From: a virus
Taxonomy: Duplodnaviria; Caudoviricetes
Reading direction: 5' to 3' (one strand)
IMG/VR virus record: IMGVR_UViG_3300010331_000037
Coordinates: 1-25,532 of that record
Length of the DNA: 25,532 nucleotides
Below the pieces are notes generated by a model, which was not told the origin of the DNA, did no database searches, and saw nothing but the letters and a program-made list of their open reading frames with translations. Numbering within the stretch: position 1 is the stretch's first letter; each line of letters begins with the position of its first letter. Both the position numbers and the translations under genes were made by a program. Shown piece by piece: positions 1-7,913 of the stretch.

Positions 1-108
1 AAACTTGCCACCATCGAAGACGCCTGGGACGACATGACCGCCGCACTCCTGGCCGTCGCCACAGTTGCGCGCGAGACGATGCTCACCGAATCCAAGGACC
101 CGTCATGA
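1..108 (+). CDS. 3' end of a hypothetical phage protein (truncated by the window edge)
   Basis: Open frame 1 reads KLATIEDAWDDMTAALLAVATVARETMLTESKDPS*; its stop overlaps the next ATG (ATGA, 105-108). Confidence 0.6.
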   Translation, partial: KLATIEDAWDDMTAALLAVATVARETMLTESKDPS

Positions 109-386
109 CCACACCCATCCCCAACGTCGGGTTCACCGCAGCCGAAGCAGTAGCAGGGTTCGAACGACTTGCCGCAATGCTCGCGGTCGACGCGCCACGG
201 GTGCGCATGTGTCCTGAGTGCCGTGTGGAGAAGTGCCAGAACTGCACGCAGGTGTCGTTCGATGCGAATGACAACGAGGTGCCGTGCCCGTGCCTGAGGT
301 GCCACCCGGCACCACCCATGTTCTGCACGTCGTGTGGCAAGCCGCAGAACCCCGAGACCGGCGAGTGCGCCGGCTGCTCCGACTAG
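105..386 (+). CDS. Small Cys-rich (zinc-binding) hypothetical protein
   Basis: 93 aa with 11 Cys in CxxC-type clusters; ATGA coupling and AAGGA RBS. Confidence 0.75.
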   Translation: MTTPIPNVGFTAAEAVAGFERLAAMLAVDAPRVRMCPECRVEKCQNCTQVSFDANDNEVPCPCLRCHPAPPMFCTSCGKPQNPETGECAGCSD

Positions 387-402
387 AGAGGGACCACCAC
401 AC

Positions 403-1485
403 GTGAGCTTCTTGCGCGTCGGCGACACTGCCGCCTACGACCCGCGCACCCTTGACCCGCTCGAGGACCCTGATGCCGACGAGCGCACAGTCGATGAGGT
501 GTTCGGGTTTTCGGTGCGCCTCGCTGCTGAGGCCGGCGGCAAGGAGCACGAGGACACCGACCGCCGGGTGACGCGAAGCATGGTGCTCACGATGGCAGGG
601 ACGAAGCAGCGCGCCGAGAAGCTCATGGCGTACCTCGTCCGGGCGAAGGTGTGGGAGCCACACGGCACGGGGTACCGGCTGATCAACGATCAGAAGTACT
701 TGCACCTACTCACGCAGGACGAGATCGATCGCACGCGGATCCGCAGCAAGGACGCGAAGAACCTCCGTCTCACGGTCTACGCGATCTTCCGTGACGGGGA
801 CAACTGCCGCGCATGCGGGCGTGTGGTGACGTGGAACGACCGCAAGAGTCCTGGGGGCCTCACGTGGGAGCACGTCAACATCTTGGAGCAGCCCACACGT
901 CCGGAGAATTACGTCATCTACTGCTACGGGTGCCAGAACGACCCGACGGCTGAACTGATGCCCGCGCCAGCGAAGCCGGTCTATGGCGCTAAGGCGAAGG
1001 CCTACGTGAAGAAGCACCTCGGCAAGTGGCCATCGGCCGCAGAGATTGCCGAGTATCTCAATGGTCAGCGGTCCTTGCCGGGCACCGCGACTGCGAGCCA
1101 GCGACCCGATGGGGAGGACGCGGCCACAGGTCAGCGGACCCCGCCGGCTACCGCGACGCGCAGCCAGCGACCCGGCACGGAGAACGCGGCCGCAGCAGCC
1201 CACCAGCGGCCCGAGAACGCTTCGGGGAACGCGGCGGGCACACCAGGACCAGAGGCGGACGAAAGCCCGCCACACGGCCCTCCAGAAGATCAAATGCCGG
1301 ATCAAATGATTCGGGGTGTCACGGATCTGGCTCCCTCGGGACGGGACGGGTCGGGACTGGTCTTGCCTGGTCTTCCCGGGCCTGTCCTGGACGCCGCCGC
1401 GCACCCTCCTGGGGCTCGTAGGTCTCGTCGTGGTCCGCGTACACCTACGCCATCGCACATCACCCAGCCAGAGGAGAAGTCATGA
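403..1485 (+). CDS. Putative replication initiator-like protein with an HNH-like Zn domain and repetitive C-terminus
   Basis: GTG at 403 after GAGAGGGA RBS; N-terminus SFLRVGDTAAYDP; RDGDNCRACG...EHV...EN...CYGC; C-terminal GRDGSG motif and internal DNA repeats. Confidence 0.6.
   Translation: MSFLRVGDTAAYDPRTLDPLEDPDADERTVDEVFGFSVRLAAEAGGKEHEDTDRRVTRSMVLTMAGTKQRAEKLMAYLVRAKVWEPHGTGYRLINDQKYLHLLTQDEIDRTRIRSKDAKNLRLTVYAIFRDGDNCRACGRVVTWNDRKSPGGLTWEHVNILEQPTRPENYVIYCYGCQNDPTAELMPAPAKPVYGAKAKAYVKKHLGKWPSAAEIAEYLNGQRSLPGTATASQRPDGEDAATGQRTPPATATRSQRPGTENAAAAAHQRPENASGNAAGTPGPEADESPPHGPPEDQMPDQMIRGVTDLAPSGRDGSGLVLPGLPGPVLDAAAHPPGARRSRRGPRTPTPSHITQPEEKS
1063..1194 (+). repeat. Imperfect 66-bp tandem repeat (2 copies) inside the rep-like gene
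   Basis: GGTCAGCGG at 1063 and 1129; AGCCAGCGACCCG at 1096 and 1162; both offsets are 66 bp. Confidence 0.85.
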
Positions 1486-2396
1486 ATGTGGACCACGAGG
1501 TCAAGCCAGTGGCGCTCTCTGCGGAGGAGCGTCGGGAGATTGCCCGTCTGATTCGTAAGCGGCTACGGCAGATGGTGGAGCCGTTTGAGACGACGTCGCC
1601 GTGGTGGTCGTGGGACGACACGATGGATAGATTCGAGTCAATCGCGGCCGGGTACCACTCGGTGTCGATGCCTTCGATGTTGGTGCAGATCGAGGCGGCG
1701 GTCGAAGGCGTGCGGGGAGCGGCGGGGCCTAGCGGGATGAGTGAGTCGCGGCCGACGGCATCGCTGGACGCGATCGATGCGCTCGAGCGGATCCGTAAGC
1801 GCGCGGCCGCGACGGTGGCGGAGTTCGGCGGCGACCCTGGCATATTCGTCGCCACGAACCTGAACACTCTGGCCGCAATGGCGTCCGAGGTGTCCGACGA
1901 CCAGCTGCGAGCGCTTCGACGTTTGGCGATGTCGTGGTGGACGCAGGCAAAGATTGTGGCGGGGTTTGAGGAGCGGGCACAGCGGCCGCATGTGCGGTGT
2001 CCACGGTGTGACGTGATGGACTCTCTGCGGGTGCGGCTTGATGTGGCGTCGAGGTTTGGGCTTGCGATGTGCACTGAGTGTGAGTCTGCGTGGACCGATG
2101 ACCCTGAGAGTCAGCGTGAGAACGGTGATGGGGATATTCGGATGCTTCTGCGGGAGATTGAGCGTCAGGAGACGGAGGCTGCTGAGGGTGCCATTGACGC
2201 GGATGAGCTTCACACCACGTATCGGTTCACGACGCGCCATGGTGCACGTGCGGCGGATCCGAAGGGTGAGGAGCAGCGGTGTTCGACGTGCTCGACGCCG
2301 AAGACGAGGGACACGGCTGCTGTTGATGTGCGGCATGTGGTTGGGAGTGCGCACTACTGCTCGAGGTGCAACGTGTGGCATCCCGGGAGGCCGTGA
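1482..2396 (+). CDS. Putative late-gene transcriptional regulator (zinc-ribbon protein)
   Basis: ATGA coupling; ESRPTASLDAIDAL motif, CPRC...CTEC ribbon and a second CSTC...CSRC ribbon; lies just before the late promoter and HNH. Confidence 0.55.
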   Translation: MNVDHEVKPVALSAEERREIARLIRKRLRQMVEPFETTSPWWSWDDTMDRFESIAAGYHSVSMPSMLVQIEAAVEGVRGAAGPSGMSESRPTASLDAIDALERIRKRAAATVAEFGGDPGIFVATNLNTLAAMASEVSDDQLRALRRLAMSWWTQAKIVAGFEERAQRPHVRCPRCDVMDSLRVRLDVASRFGLAMCTECESAWTDDPESQRENGDGDIRMLLREIERQETEAAEGAIDADELHTTYRFTTRHGARAADPKGEEQRCSTCSTPKTRDTAAVDVRHVVGSAHYCSRCNVWHPGRP

Positions 2397-2424
2397 TGTC
2401 GGTGGCGGCCGAGAGTATCTGATC
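2397..2424 (+). promoter_or_regulatory. PafBC-type (RecA-NDp) DNA-damage promoter giving a leaderless transcript
   Basis: TGTCGG(2397-2402)-N10-GAGTAT(2413-2418), 6 nt before ATG 2425. Confidence 0.5.
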
Positions 2425-2583
2425 ATGGAGGCTTGCAAGAAGCGGCGGTTCCGGTCGCGAGTGGATGCTCTGATCACGTTGGCCAGGGTGCAGTACGCAG
2501 ACTCTTCGCGTCGGCCCAAGACGGAGCAGCGGGCGTACCTGTGTCCGAGTTGCCATGGGTGGCACCTCACGAGCAGGGTTTGA
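2425..2583 (+). CDS. Small zinc-finger phage protein (52 aa)
   Basis: MEACKKRRFRSRVDAL...RAYLCPSCHGWHLTS, a C...CxxCxxxH pattern common in actinophage small proteins. Confidence 0.75.
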   Translation: MEACKKRRFRSRVDALITLARVQYADSSRRPKTEQRAYLCPSCHGWHLTSRV

Positions 2584-2610
2584 CGTGGCGACACGCGCGA
2601 GACGTGCCTG

Positions 2611-2640
2611 TTGCACACGATGGTCGTGAGCGCGTAGCAT
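2611..2640 (+). promoter_or_regulatory. Putative late promoter
   Basis: TTGCAC-N18-TAGCAT in the intergenic region upstream of the HNH/packaging operon. Confidence 0.4.
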
Positions 2641-2665
2641 GGGCACTGCGAGGAGAAGTGTCTCT

Positions 2666-2701
2666 AGGCCCGGCCCCCATGGGGTGCGGGCCTTCGTGCT
2701 T
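2666..2701 (+). terminator. Promoter-proximal hairpin / weak intrinsic terminator
   Basis: AGGCCCG...CGGGCCT stem enclosing CCCCATGGGG, followed by TCGTGCTT. Confidence 0.45.
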
Positions 2702-2795
2702 CCCGGACGGTTGCGCTGGCAGGCGCACACAGCGGACCGCGGGCCCGCCGCCTCCCCATGGATGGTGGGTCCGCGGCATGCCGGGAGGTGTTGCG

Positions 2796-3095
2796 ATGGC
2801 GTGGGAGACATCGACACGGGCGAAGCGGTTGCCGAAGAATTGGCCGCAACTCAAGGCAGCTACGAAGAAGCGGGCGAGGGGTAAGTGCGAGGCCGCTACC
2901 CATGTGCCGGAGTGCACAGGGATAGGGGCGGAGTGCGACCACCGTGACCGAGGGGACGACCACAGTCTTGCGAATCTTCAATGGCTCTCGACGCCTTGCC
3001 ATAAGGCGAAGTCAAGTCAGGAGAATGCCGAGGCCAACCGGAGACGGGCAGGCATGAGGCTTCGTCCGCAGGAGCGTCATCCAGGCTTGCGATGA
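2796..3095 (+). CDS. HNH endonuclease (terminase-associated)
   Basis: ATG 2796 after GGGAGGTG; RLPKNW...CE...C...DH...DDHSLANLQWLSTPCHKAKS; typical position upstream of terminase. Confidence 0.9.
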   Translation: MAWETSTRAKRLPKNWPQLKAATKKRARGKCEAATHVPECTGIGAECDHRDRGDDHSLANLQWLSTPCHKAKSSQENAEANRRRAGMRLRPQERHPGLR

Positions 3096-3200
3096 CAGGT
3101 CGCAACTCGTGCTCGTGCGTGCTCGACCTCGAACAGTGAGTTGAGCTAGAGTGAAGAGCATCAAAGAACGCGCCGAGGCGAAGAGCGCGAGCGTCAGCAG

Positions 3201-3255
3201 CCCTGGGGGGTGACTCCCCCTCGCATGACGCCCCCACCGCCGGATAGCAGTTCCA
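3201..3255. other. Predicted cos (cohesive-end) region
   Basis: Non-coding gap after HNH with GGGGGGTGACTCCCCC and ACCGCCGGAT-AGCAG, resembling actinophage 3'-overhang end contexts. Confidence 0.4.
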
Positions 3256-3443
3256 AAACTGCGTGCAAAACATGCTCGTTTTTCGCCCACCCCTAAACGG
3301 CCCTGCGCGCCCATCTGAGCGCCTATCGAGGGCCTGGGTGTCAGCGACCACCTTCCGAGCGCTCGTCGCGTCATACGCAGTGGTGCATAACACCACGCGA
3401 GAGAAATGCCAGGTATCTCCTAGATATCGTTACATCGAGGTAG

Positions 3444-3455
3444 TAGACTGAGGGC
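3444..3455 (+). promoter_or_regulatory. -10 element of a leaderless promoter for the prim-pol gene
   Basis: TAGACT (TANNNT) 6 nt before ATG 3456 in a locally AT-rich stretch. Confidence 0.6.
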
Positions 3456-4052
3456 ATGGAACTGATGCTTACGTGCGAGAAGTGTGGCGAGACGATGTCG
3501 CTGCCTGCGCGCGGACGCACGCCGCGCTTCTGTTCCACGAGGTGCCGCGTCGCTCATCACCGTGCGCAGCAGCTCCCGGCCGAGATGACGTCGAAGCCGC
3601 GGTGGTCGCGGTTCGCAAACACTCCGCGTGCTGGCGGGAAGCCGACACGCCGGCCGATCATGGCGAACGGCCGGTCAGCATCGTCGACGAACCCAAGGAC
3701 GTGGACGACCTACGACGTCGTGAAGGCGGCCAAGTCCGGCGACGGCATCGGGTTCATGCTCGGTGACGGCATTGGCGCCATCGACCTCGACAGGTGTCTG
3801 GCGAACGGTCGCCTCGAGCCTTGGGCTCAAGCGATCGTCAACGCGTGCCCTGCGACGTACATCGAGATCAGCCCCTCGGGGACCGGTCTTCACATCTTCG
3901 GGCACGTTGTGCCTGGCCCCGGCCGTGGTCAACGCGCCGGTGAACGCATCGAGATCTACTCACGAGCACGTTTCATGACCGTCACGGGTGACCGTTGGCC
4001 GGGATCCGTGAACACGCTCGCAGATCTCAGCGCGGTCATCGCGTCCCTGTAG
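3456..4052 (+). CDS. Stand-alone AEP primase-polymerase (NrS-1-like prim-pol domain) with N-terminal Zn finger
   Basis: CEKC...FCSTRCR Zn finger; ASSTNPRTW, GIGF, IDLD (DxD), EISPSGTGLH, EIY...RFMTVTG motifs. Confidence 0.85.
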   Translation: MELMLTCEKCGETMSLPARGRTPRFCSTRCRVAHHRAQQLPAEMTSKPRWSRFANTPRAGGKPTRRPIMANGRSASSTNPRTWTTYDVVKAAKSGDGIGFMLGDGIGAIDLDRCLANGRLEPWAQAIVNACPATYIEISPSGTGLHIFGHVVPGPGRGQRAGERIEIYSRARFMTVTGDRWPGSVNTLADLSAVIASL

Positions 4053-4094
4053 CGCTCCAGGTGGGCGCTCGAGCGCCCCAGGAGGGCTACACCC

Positions 4095-4760
4095 ATGACC
4101 GAAAACACCCCGCGTTCACGCCCAAAGCCCCGAGTCGCGAAGCCAGTCGCCGCTAGGCCTACCGACACCACGACTCCTGTCGCGAAGCCCGCGGCCGCGC
4201 CGCGCCGTGCACGCGCCGCTAGGACCACGCAGGCCAAGGCCGCTCCCGCCAAAAAGACATCGGCGAAGGATGTCGAGGTTGACGCGCCGAAGGTCGAAGA
4301 GGAGGCCACGCCGAAGCATAAGGCGGTGCGCAGGACTTCCCCGCAGCGCCACCTTCGCGCAGTTAGCGACAACGGCGACGAGCTAGCGCCTTCGCATCCG
4401 CCTGCGCCACCTGCGGGCATGGGTGAACGCGGCAAGCGGCTCTGGCGTGATGTGGTCGAGGTATTCGAGTTGCGCGCCGACGAGCTCGTAGTTCTCCGGT
4501 CCGCGTGCTACGCAGAGCAACGCGTTCACGGGATCCGCGAGGAACTGTCGCAGATGCAGATTCTCGTGCTTGGGTCGATGGGGCAACTCGTGGCGAACCC
4601 GCTGCTCACCGAGGTGCGAGCCCATGAGGGTCACGTCGCGACATTGCTGGCGAAGTTGAAGCTCAAGGACGTCGACTCGGGGGCATCGCAGGGACGCTCT
4701 GAGGGTGCACGCGCTGCCGCGCAGGCCCGTTGGACAACGCCTCATGGCGCGTCTTCGTAG
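4095..4760 (+). CDS. terS: Terminase small subunit with Pro/Ala/Lys-rich N-terminal extension
   Basis: PAGMGERGKRLW...ELRADE...GSMGQLVANPLL.E.R...ARAAAQARW; AGGAGG RBS; directly upstream of TerL. Confidence 0.85.
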   Translation: MTENTPRSRPKPRVAKPVAARPTDTTTPVAKPAAAPRRARAARTTQAKAAPAKKTSAKDVEVDAPKVEEEATPKHKAVRRTSPQRHLRAVSDNGDELAPSHPPAPPAGMGERGKRLWRDVVEVFELRADELVVLRSACYAEQRVHGIREELSQMQILVLGSMGQLVANPLLTEVRAHEGHVATLLAKLKLKDVDSGASQGRSEGARAAAQARWTTPHGASS

Positions 4761-6534
4761 CGCTCCGTCGCTCCACGTCAATCGTGACGCCGAGCGTCGC
4801 GAGATCATCGCCTTCTACCAAGACCTCCTGACACGCGCAACACCGCCGAAGGGTCTCGAGTGGGAACCAGTCAAGATTGGGCCGACGTGGGAGTGGTCGC
4901 CCAAGATGGGCTGGAACCTCCCCGATGTCACGCTCGGGTGGGACCTGCTCGCATGGGCTGGCCAGTGGCTCACGTCACCTCATGGTGGGCCTTGGGTCTT
5001 CACACCCGAGCAGGCACGGTTCATCCTCTGGTATTACGCGCTCGACGAGAACGAGCAGTTCGAGTTCTCAATCGTGGCCCTGCAGCGGCTCAAGGGCTGG
5101 GGCAAGGACCCGCTCGGCGCGGCGATCTCCATGGCCGAGATGGTCGGGCCCGTGCGGTTCGACTACTGGGACGGCGATCGTCCCGTGGGGCGTGAAGAGC
5201 CAAACGCGTGGGTGCAGATCGTAGCCGTCTCGCAGGAGCAGACGAAGAACACGATGAAGATGCTCCCCGGAATGCTGCCGCAGTCCACGCGCAGCCACTA
5301 CGGGATACAGCTGGGCAAGTTAACGGCGTGGGCGATGGGGGACACGCGCCAACTCGAAGCCGTGACGTCGGCGCCGTTGACGCTTGAAGGTGGCCGTCCC
5401 ACACAGATCCTGCTCAATGAGATTCAGAACTGGAACTCGTCGAACCAGGGCCACGACATGTGGGGTGTGCTCGAGGGAAACGCGGCCAAGCGTGACAAGA
5501 ACTCGCCCGCTCGGATGCTCGCGATCTTCAACGCGCACAGGCCCGGCGAGGACTCGGTAGCGGAGCGGTTGCGTGATGCCTTCGAGGGCACACAGGGCGA
5601 CCCTGACGCGGATGACCCGTCCGATCAGCCCAAGTTTGCCGACGTGGGCATCATGTACGACTCGCTCGAGGCGCCACCGTCCGCACCGTTGACGCTCAAA
5701 GCGGCACCAGCCGTGATCGAGGCAGTCAGGGGCGACGCGACATGGTTGGACACCGATCGTGTTCTCAAGTCGATCGGGAACCCGAACAACCCGCCATCTG
5801 AGTCTCGCCGCAAGTGGTACAACCAGGTCACCGGTACTGAGGACGCCTGGACCACACCGCAGGCGTGGGACGTGATGGCGCGACCGGACGTGATCGTGGC
5901 GCAGCGCGAAGAGATCGCGATGTTCATCGACTGCTCGAAGTCGGACGACGCGACGGCGCTCGTCGGGTGCAGGATCACCGACGGTCACGTGTTCATGCTC
6001 GGGCTCTGGCAGAAGCCGCCAGGCGATCGTGGCAAGGGCTGGCTCGCACCGCGCGAGAAGGTCGACGCGGCGGTAGACGCCGCGATGGCCAGATACACCG
6101 TGGTCGCGTTCTGGGGTGACCCGTCGCACACCCTCAACGATGAAACCCGCGATCGGTACTGGGACACGCTCTTTGACGAGTGGCACCGCAAGTACAACCG
6201 CAAGCTGCGTGAGTTCCCTCACCACGGGCGCACGGGCCACTCGGTCATGTTCGACATGGCGCTGTTCGCCGAGCAGAAGCGGTTTGTCGCTGAGGTGGGT
6301 GTGGTCGAGGCGGAGATCGAAGCGAAGGCCTTCACCCAAGACGGCGACGCGAGGCTCCGTAAGCACGTCATCGCGGCGCGCCGCATGCCCACCAGGGCCG
6401 GCGCATCGATCGGTAAGGAACACAGAGAGTCCCGCAAGAAGATCGACGCCGCAGTGTCGATGGTAGGCGCCAGGATGGCGCGCCGCGCATACCTGAACAA
6501 CCCCAAGAGACGGAAGGGAGGTCGAGTCTGGTGA
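4744..6534 (+). CDS. terL: Terminase large subunit
   Basis: Walker A QRLKGWGKD, AVSQEQT, Walker B LLNE, nuclease D.SKSDDATAL and KKIDAAV. Confidence 0.95.
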   Translation: MARLRSAPSLHVNRDAERREIIAFYQDLLTRATPPKGLEWEPVKIGPTWEWSPKMGWNLPDVTLGWDLLAWAGQWLTSPHGGPWVFTPEQARFILWYYALDENEQFEFSIVALQRLKGWGKDPLGAAISMAEMVGPVRFDYWDGDRPVGREEPNAWVQIVAVSQEQTKNTMKMLPGMLPQSTRSHYGIQLGKLTAWAMGDTRQLEAVTSAPLTLEGGRPTQILLNEIQNWNSSNQGHDMWGVLEGNAAKRDKNSPARMLAIFNAHRPGEDSVAERLRDAFEGTQGDPDADDPSDQPKFADVGIMYDSLEAPPSAPLTLKAAPAVIEAVRGDATWLDTDRVLKSIGNPNNPPSESRRKWYNQVTGTEDAWTTPQAWDVMARPDVIVAQREEIAMFIDCSKSDDATALVGCRITDGHVFMLGLWQKPPGDRGKGWLAPREKVDAAVDAAMARYTVVAFWGDPSHTLNDETRDRYWDTLFDEWHRKYNRKLREFPHHGRTGHSVMFDMALFAEQKRFVAEVGVVEAEIEAKAFTQDGDARLRKHVIAARRMPTRAGASIGKEHRESRKKIDAAVSMVGARMARRAYLNNPKRRKGGRVW

Positions 6535-7907
6535 AGCCACAGAACTACATCGAAGCACTCGAAGACCTTCTGCTCCCCCAGTACGAGACCGAGCGCACGA
6601 AGCTCGACGTCATCGACGGGTGGCTCAGGTGGACTCCCGAAGAGATCAAGGTCAAGCGCACCACGGACCGCGAACTGAGGTATCTCAAGGAGATCTCGCA
6701 GACCCCATGGCCGCGCCTCGTCATCGAGACCACCGCGCAGGCGATCAAGGCCGAGGGTATCTACGCGGCTGACCGTAGGCCGGAAGACCTGCACGCGATG
6801 TGGGGACCTTGGGACCGCAACGACATGGAGACCAAGCAGGGTGCGATCTACCGGGCCTCGCTCGGGTATGGGCTCGCCTATGGCCTTGCATTGCCTGGTG
6901 TCGACTCATTTGGGCGCCCAGGCGCATCAATGACGGCGCACTCGCCTCGGGACTTCTTCGCTCTGTACGAAGACCTGATCGAGGATGAGTTCCCCACGTG
7001 GGGAGTACGCATCATCAAGCAGCCCAAGGGCGCCGTGCACTACCGCGTCTACGACGATGAGGGAGTGACTTTTCTGTCACGGGAGGCGAGCCAGGCCAAG
7101 GCGAAGTACATCGACTTCGAAGCCCACGACTTGGGCGTCACACCGATCGTGCGCTACGCAAACCAGATGGACCTCGAGGGGCGCGCGCCCGGCGAAATTG
7201 AGCCCCTGGTCCCGCTGTTCTCGCGCATCAACAAGACCGACTACGACCGCATGCTCACGCAGCACTTCAACTCGTGGAAGATCCGCACCGCGACCGGTGT
7301 GCAGCAGCCGGCCACGGACGAAGAATCAGCGTCGACGAAGCTCAAACTCCGCCAGGACGACATCCTGGTAGCCGAGGACCACGAGGCGAAGTTCGGAACG
7401 CTCGACGAGACGTCACTCAAGCCCTTCATTGAGGCGCACGACTCCGACCTTGAGACCCTTGCCGCGATATCGCAGACGCCCATGACCACGTTCGGAAAAC
7501 TCGTCAACATCTCCGCCGACGGCCTCGTCGAAGCCCGCAACTCCCTCCGAGCCAAGGTAGGTGACCGCAAGGTCTCCTATGGCAGCAGCAACGTGCGCTT
7601 CCTCCGTCTCGCCGCCCACATCGAGAACAGGGCCGAAGACGCCGAGAACTTCTCCGTCCGTACCAAGTGGGCAGACGACGAAAGCGGCGCCCTCGCCGCG
7701 GCCGTCGACGCCCTTGGCAAGGCTGCGACCATGCTCGGAGTTCCTCCGCAGTTGCTCTGGGACCGCATCCCAGGGATTGACTCGACGACAGCACAGTCCT
7801 GGGTGGCCTACGCAGAGGAACACCCCTCTGCCGACACGATCCAAGCGAAGGCCGTAGCCAACGCGCTCGCCGCCAACATCCCCGCAGACGCCGCCGCCAG
7901 CGTGTAG
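6531..7907 (+). CDS. Portal protein (SPP1 gp6-like)
   Basis: 458 aa after TerL with GTGA coupling; HDLGVTPIVRYAN...GEIEPL, FGTLDE, NISADGL motifs. Confidence 0.92.
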   Translation: MKPQNYIEALEDLLLPQYETERTKLDVIDGWLRWTPEEIKVKRTTDRELRYLKEISQTPWPRLVIETTAQAIKAEGIYAADRRPEDLHAMWGPWDRNDMETKQGAIYRASLGYGLAYGLALPGVDSFGRPGASMTAHSPRDFFALYEDLIEDEFPTWGVRIIKQPKGAVHYRVYDDEGVTFLSREASQAKAKYIDFEAHDLGVTPIVRYANQMDLEGRAPGEIEPLVPLFSRINKTDYDRMLTQHFNSWKIRTATGVQQPATDEESASTKLKLRQDDILVAEDHEAKFGTLDETSLKPFIEAHDSDLETLAAISQTPMTTFGKLVNISADGLVEARNSLRAKVGDRKVSYGSSNVRFLRLAAHIENRAEDAENFSVRTKWADDESGALAAAVDALGKAATMLGVPPQLLWDRIPGIDSTTAQSWVAYAEEHPSADTIQAKAVANALAANIPADAAASV

Positions 7908-7913
7908 ACAGCC

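Noticed and set aside
3129-3144. LexA SOS box
   Set aside because: TCGAAC half-site only; the right half (AGTTGA) does not match GTTCGA at the correct spacing.
3263-3451. 62-aa ORF in the cos region
   Set aside because: No RBS, atypical composition, and it overlaps the prim-pol promoter.
5410-5424. TerL inactivation (Walker B LLNE rather than DE)
   Set aside because: NE occurs in this actinophage TerL family; the ORF and other motifs are intact.
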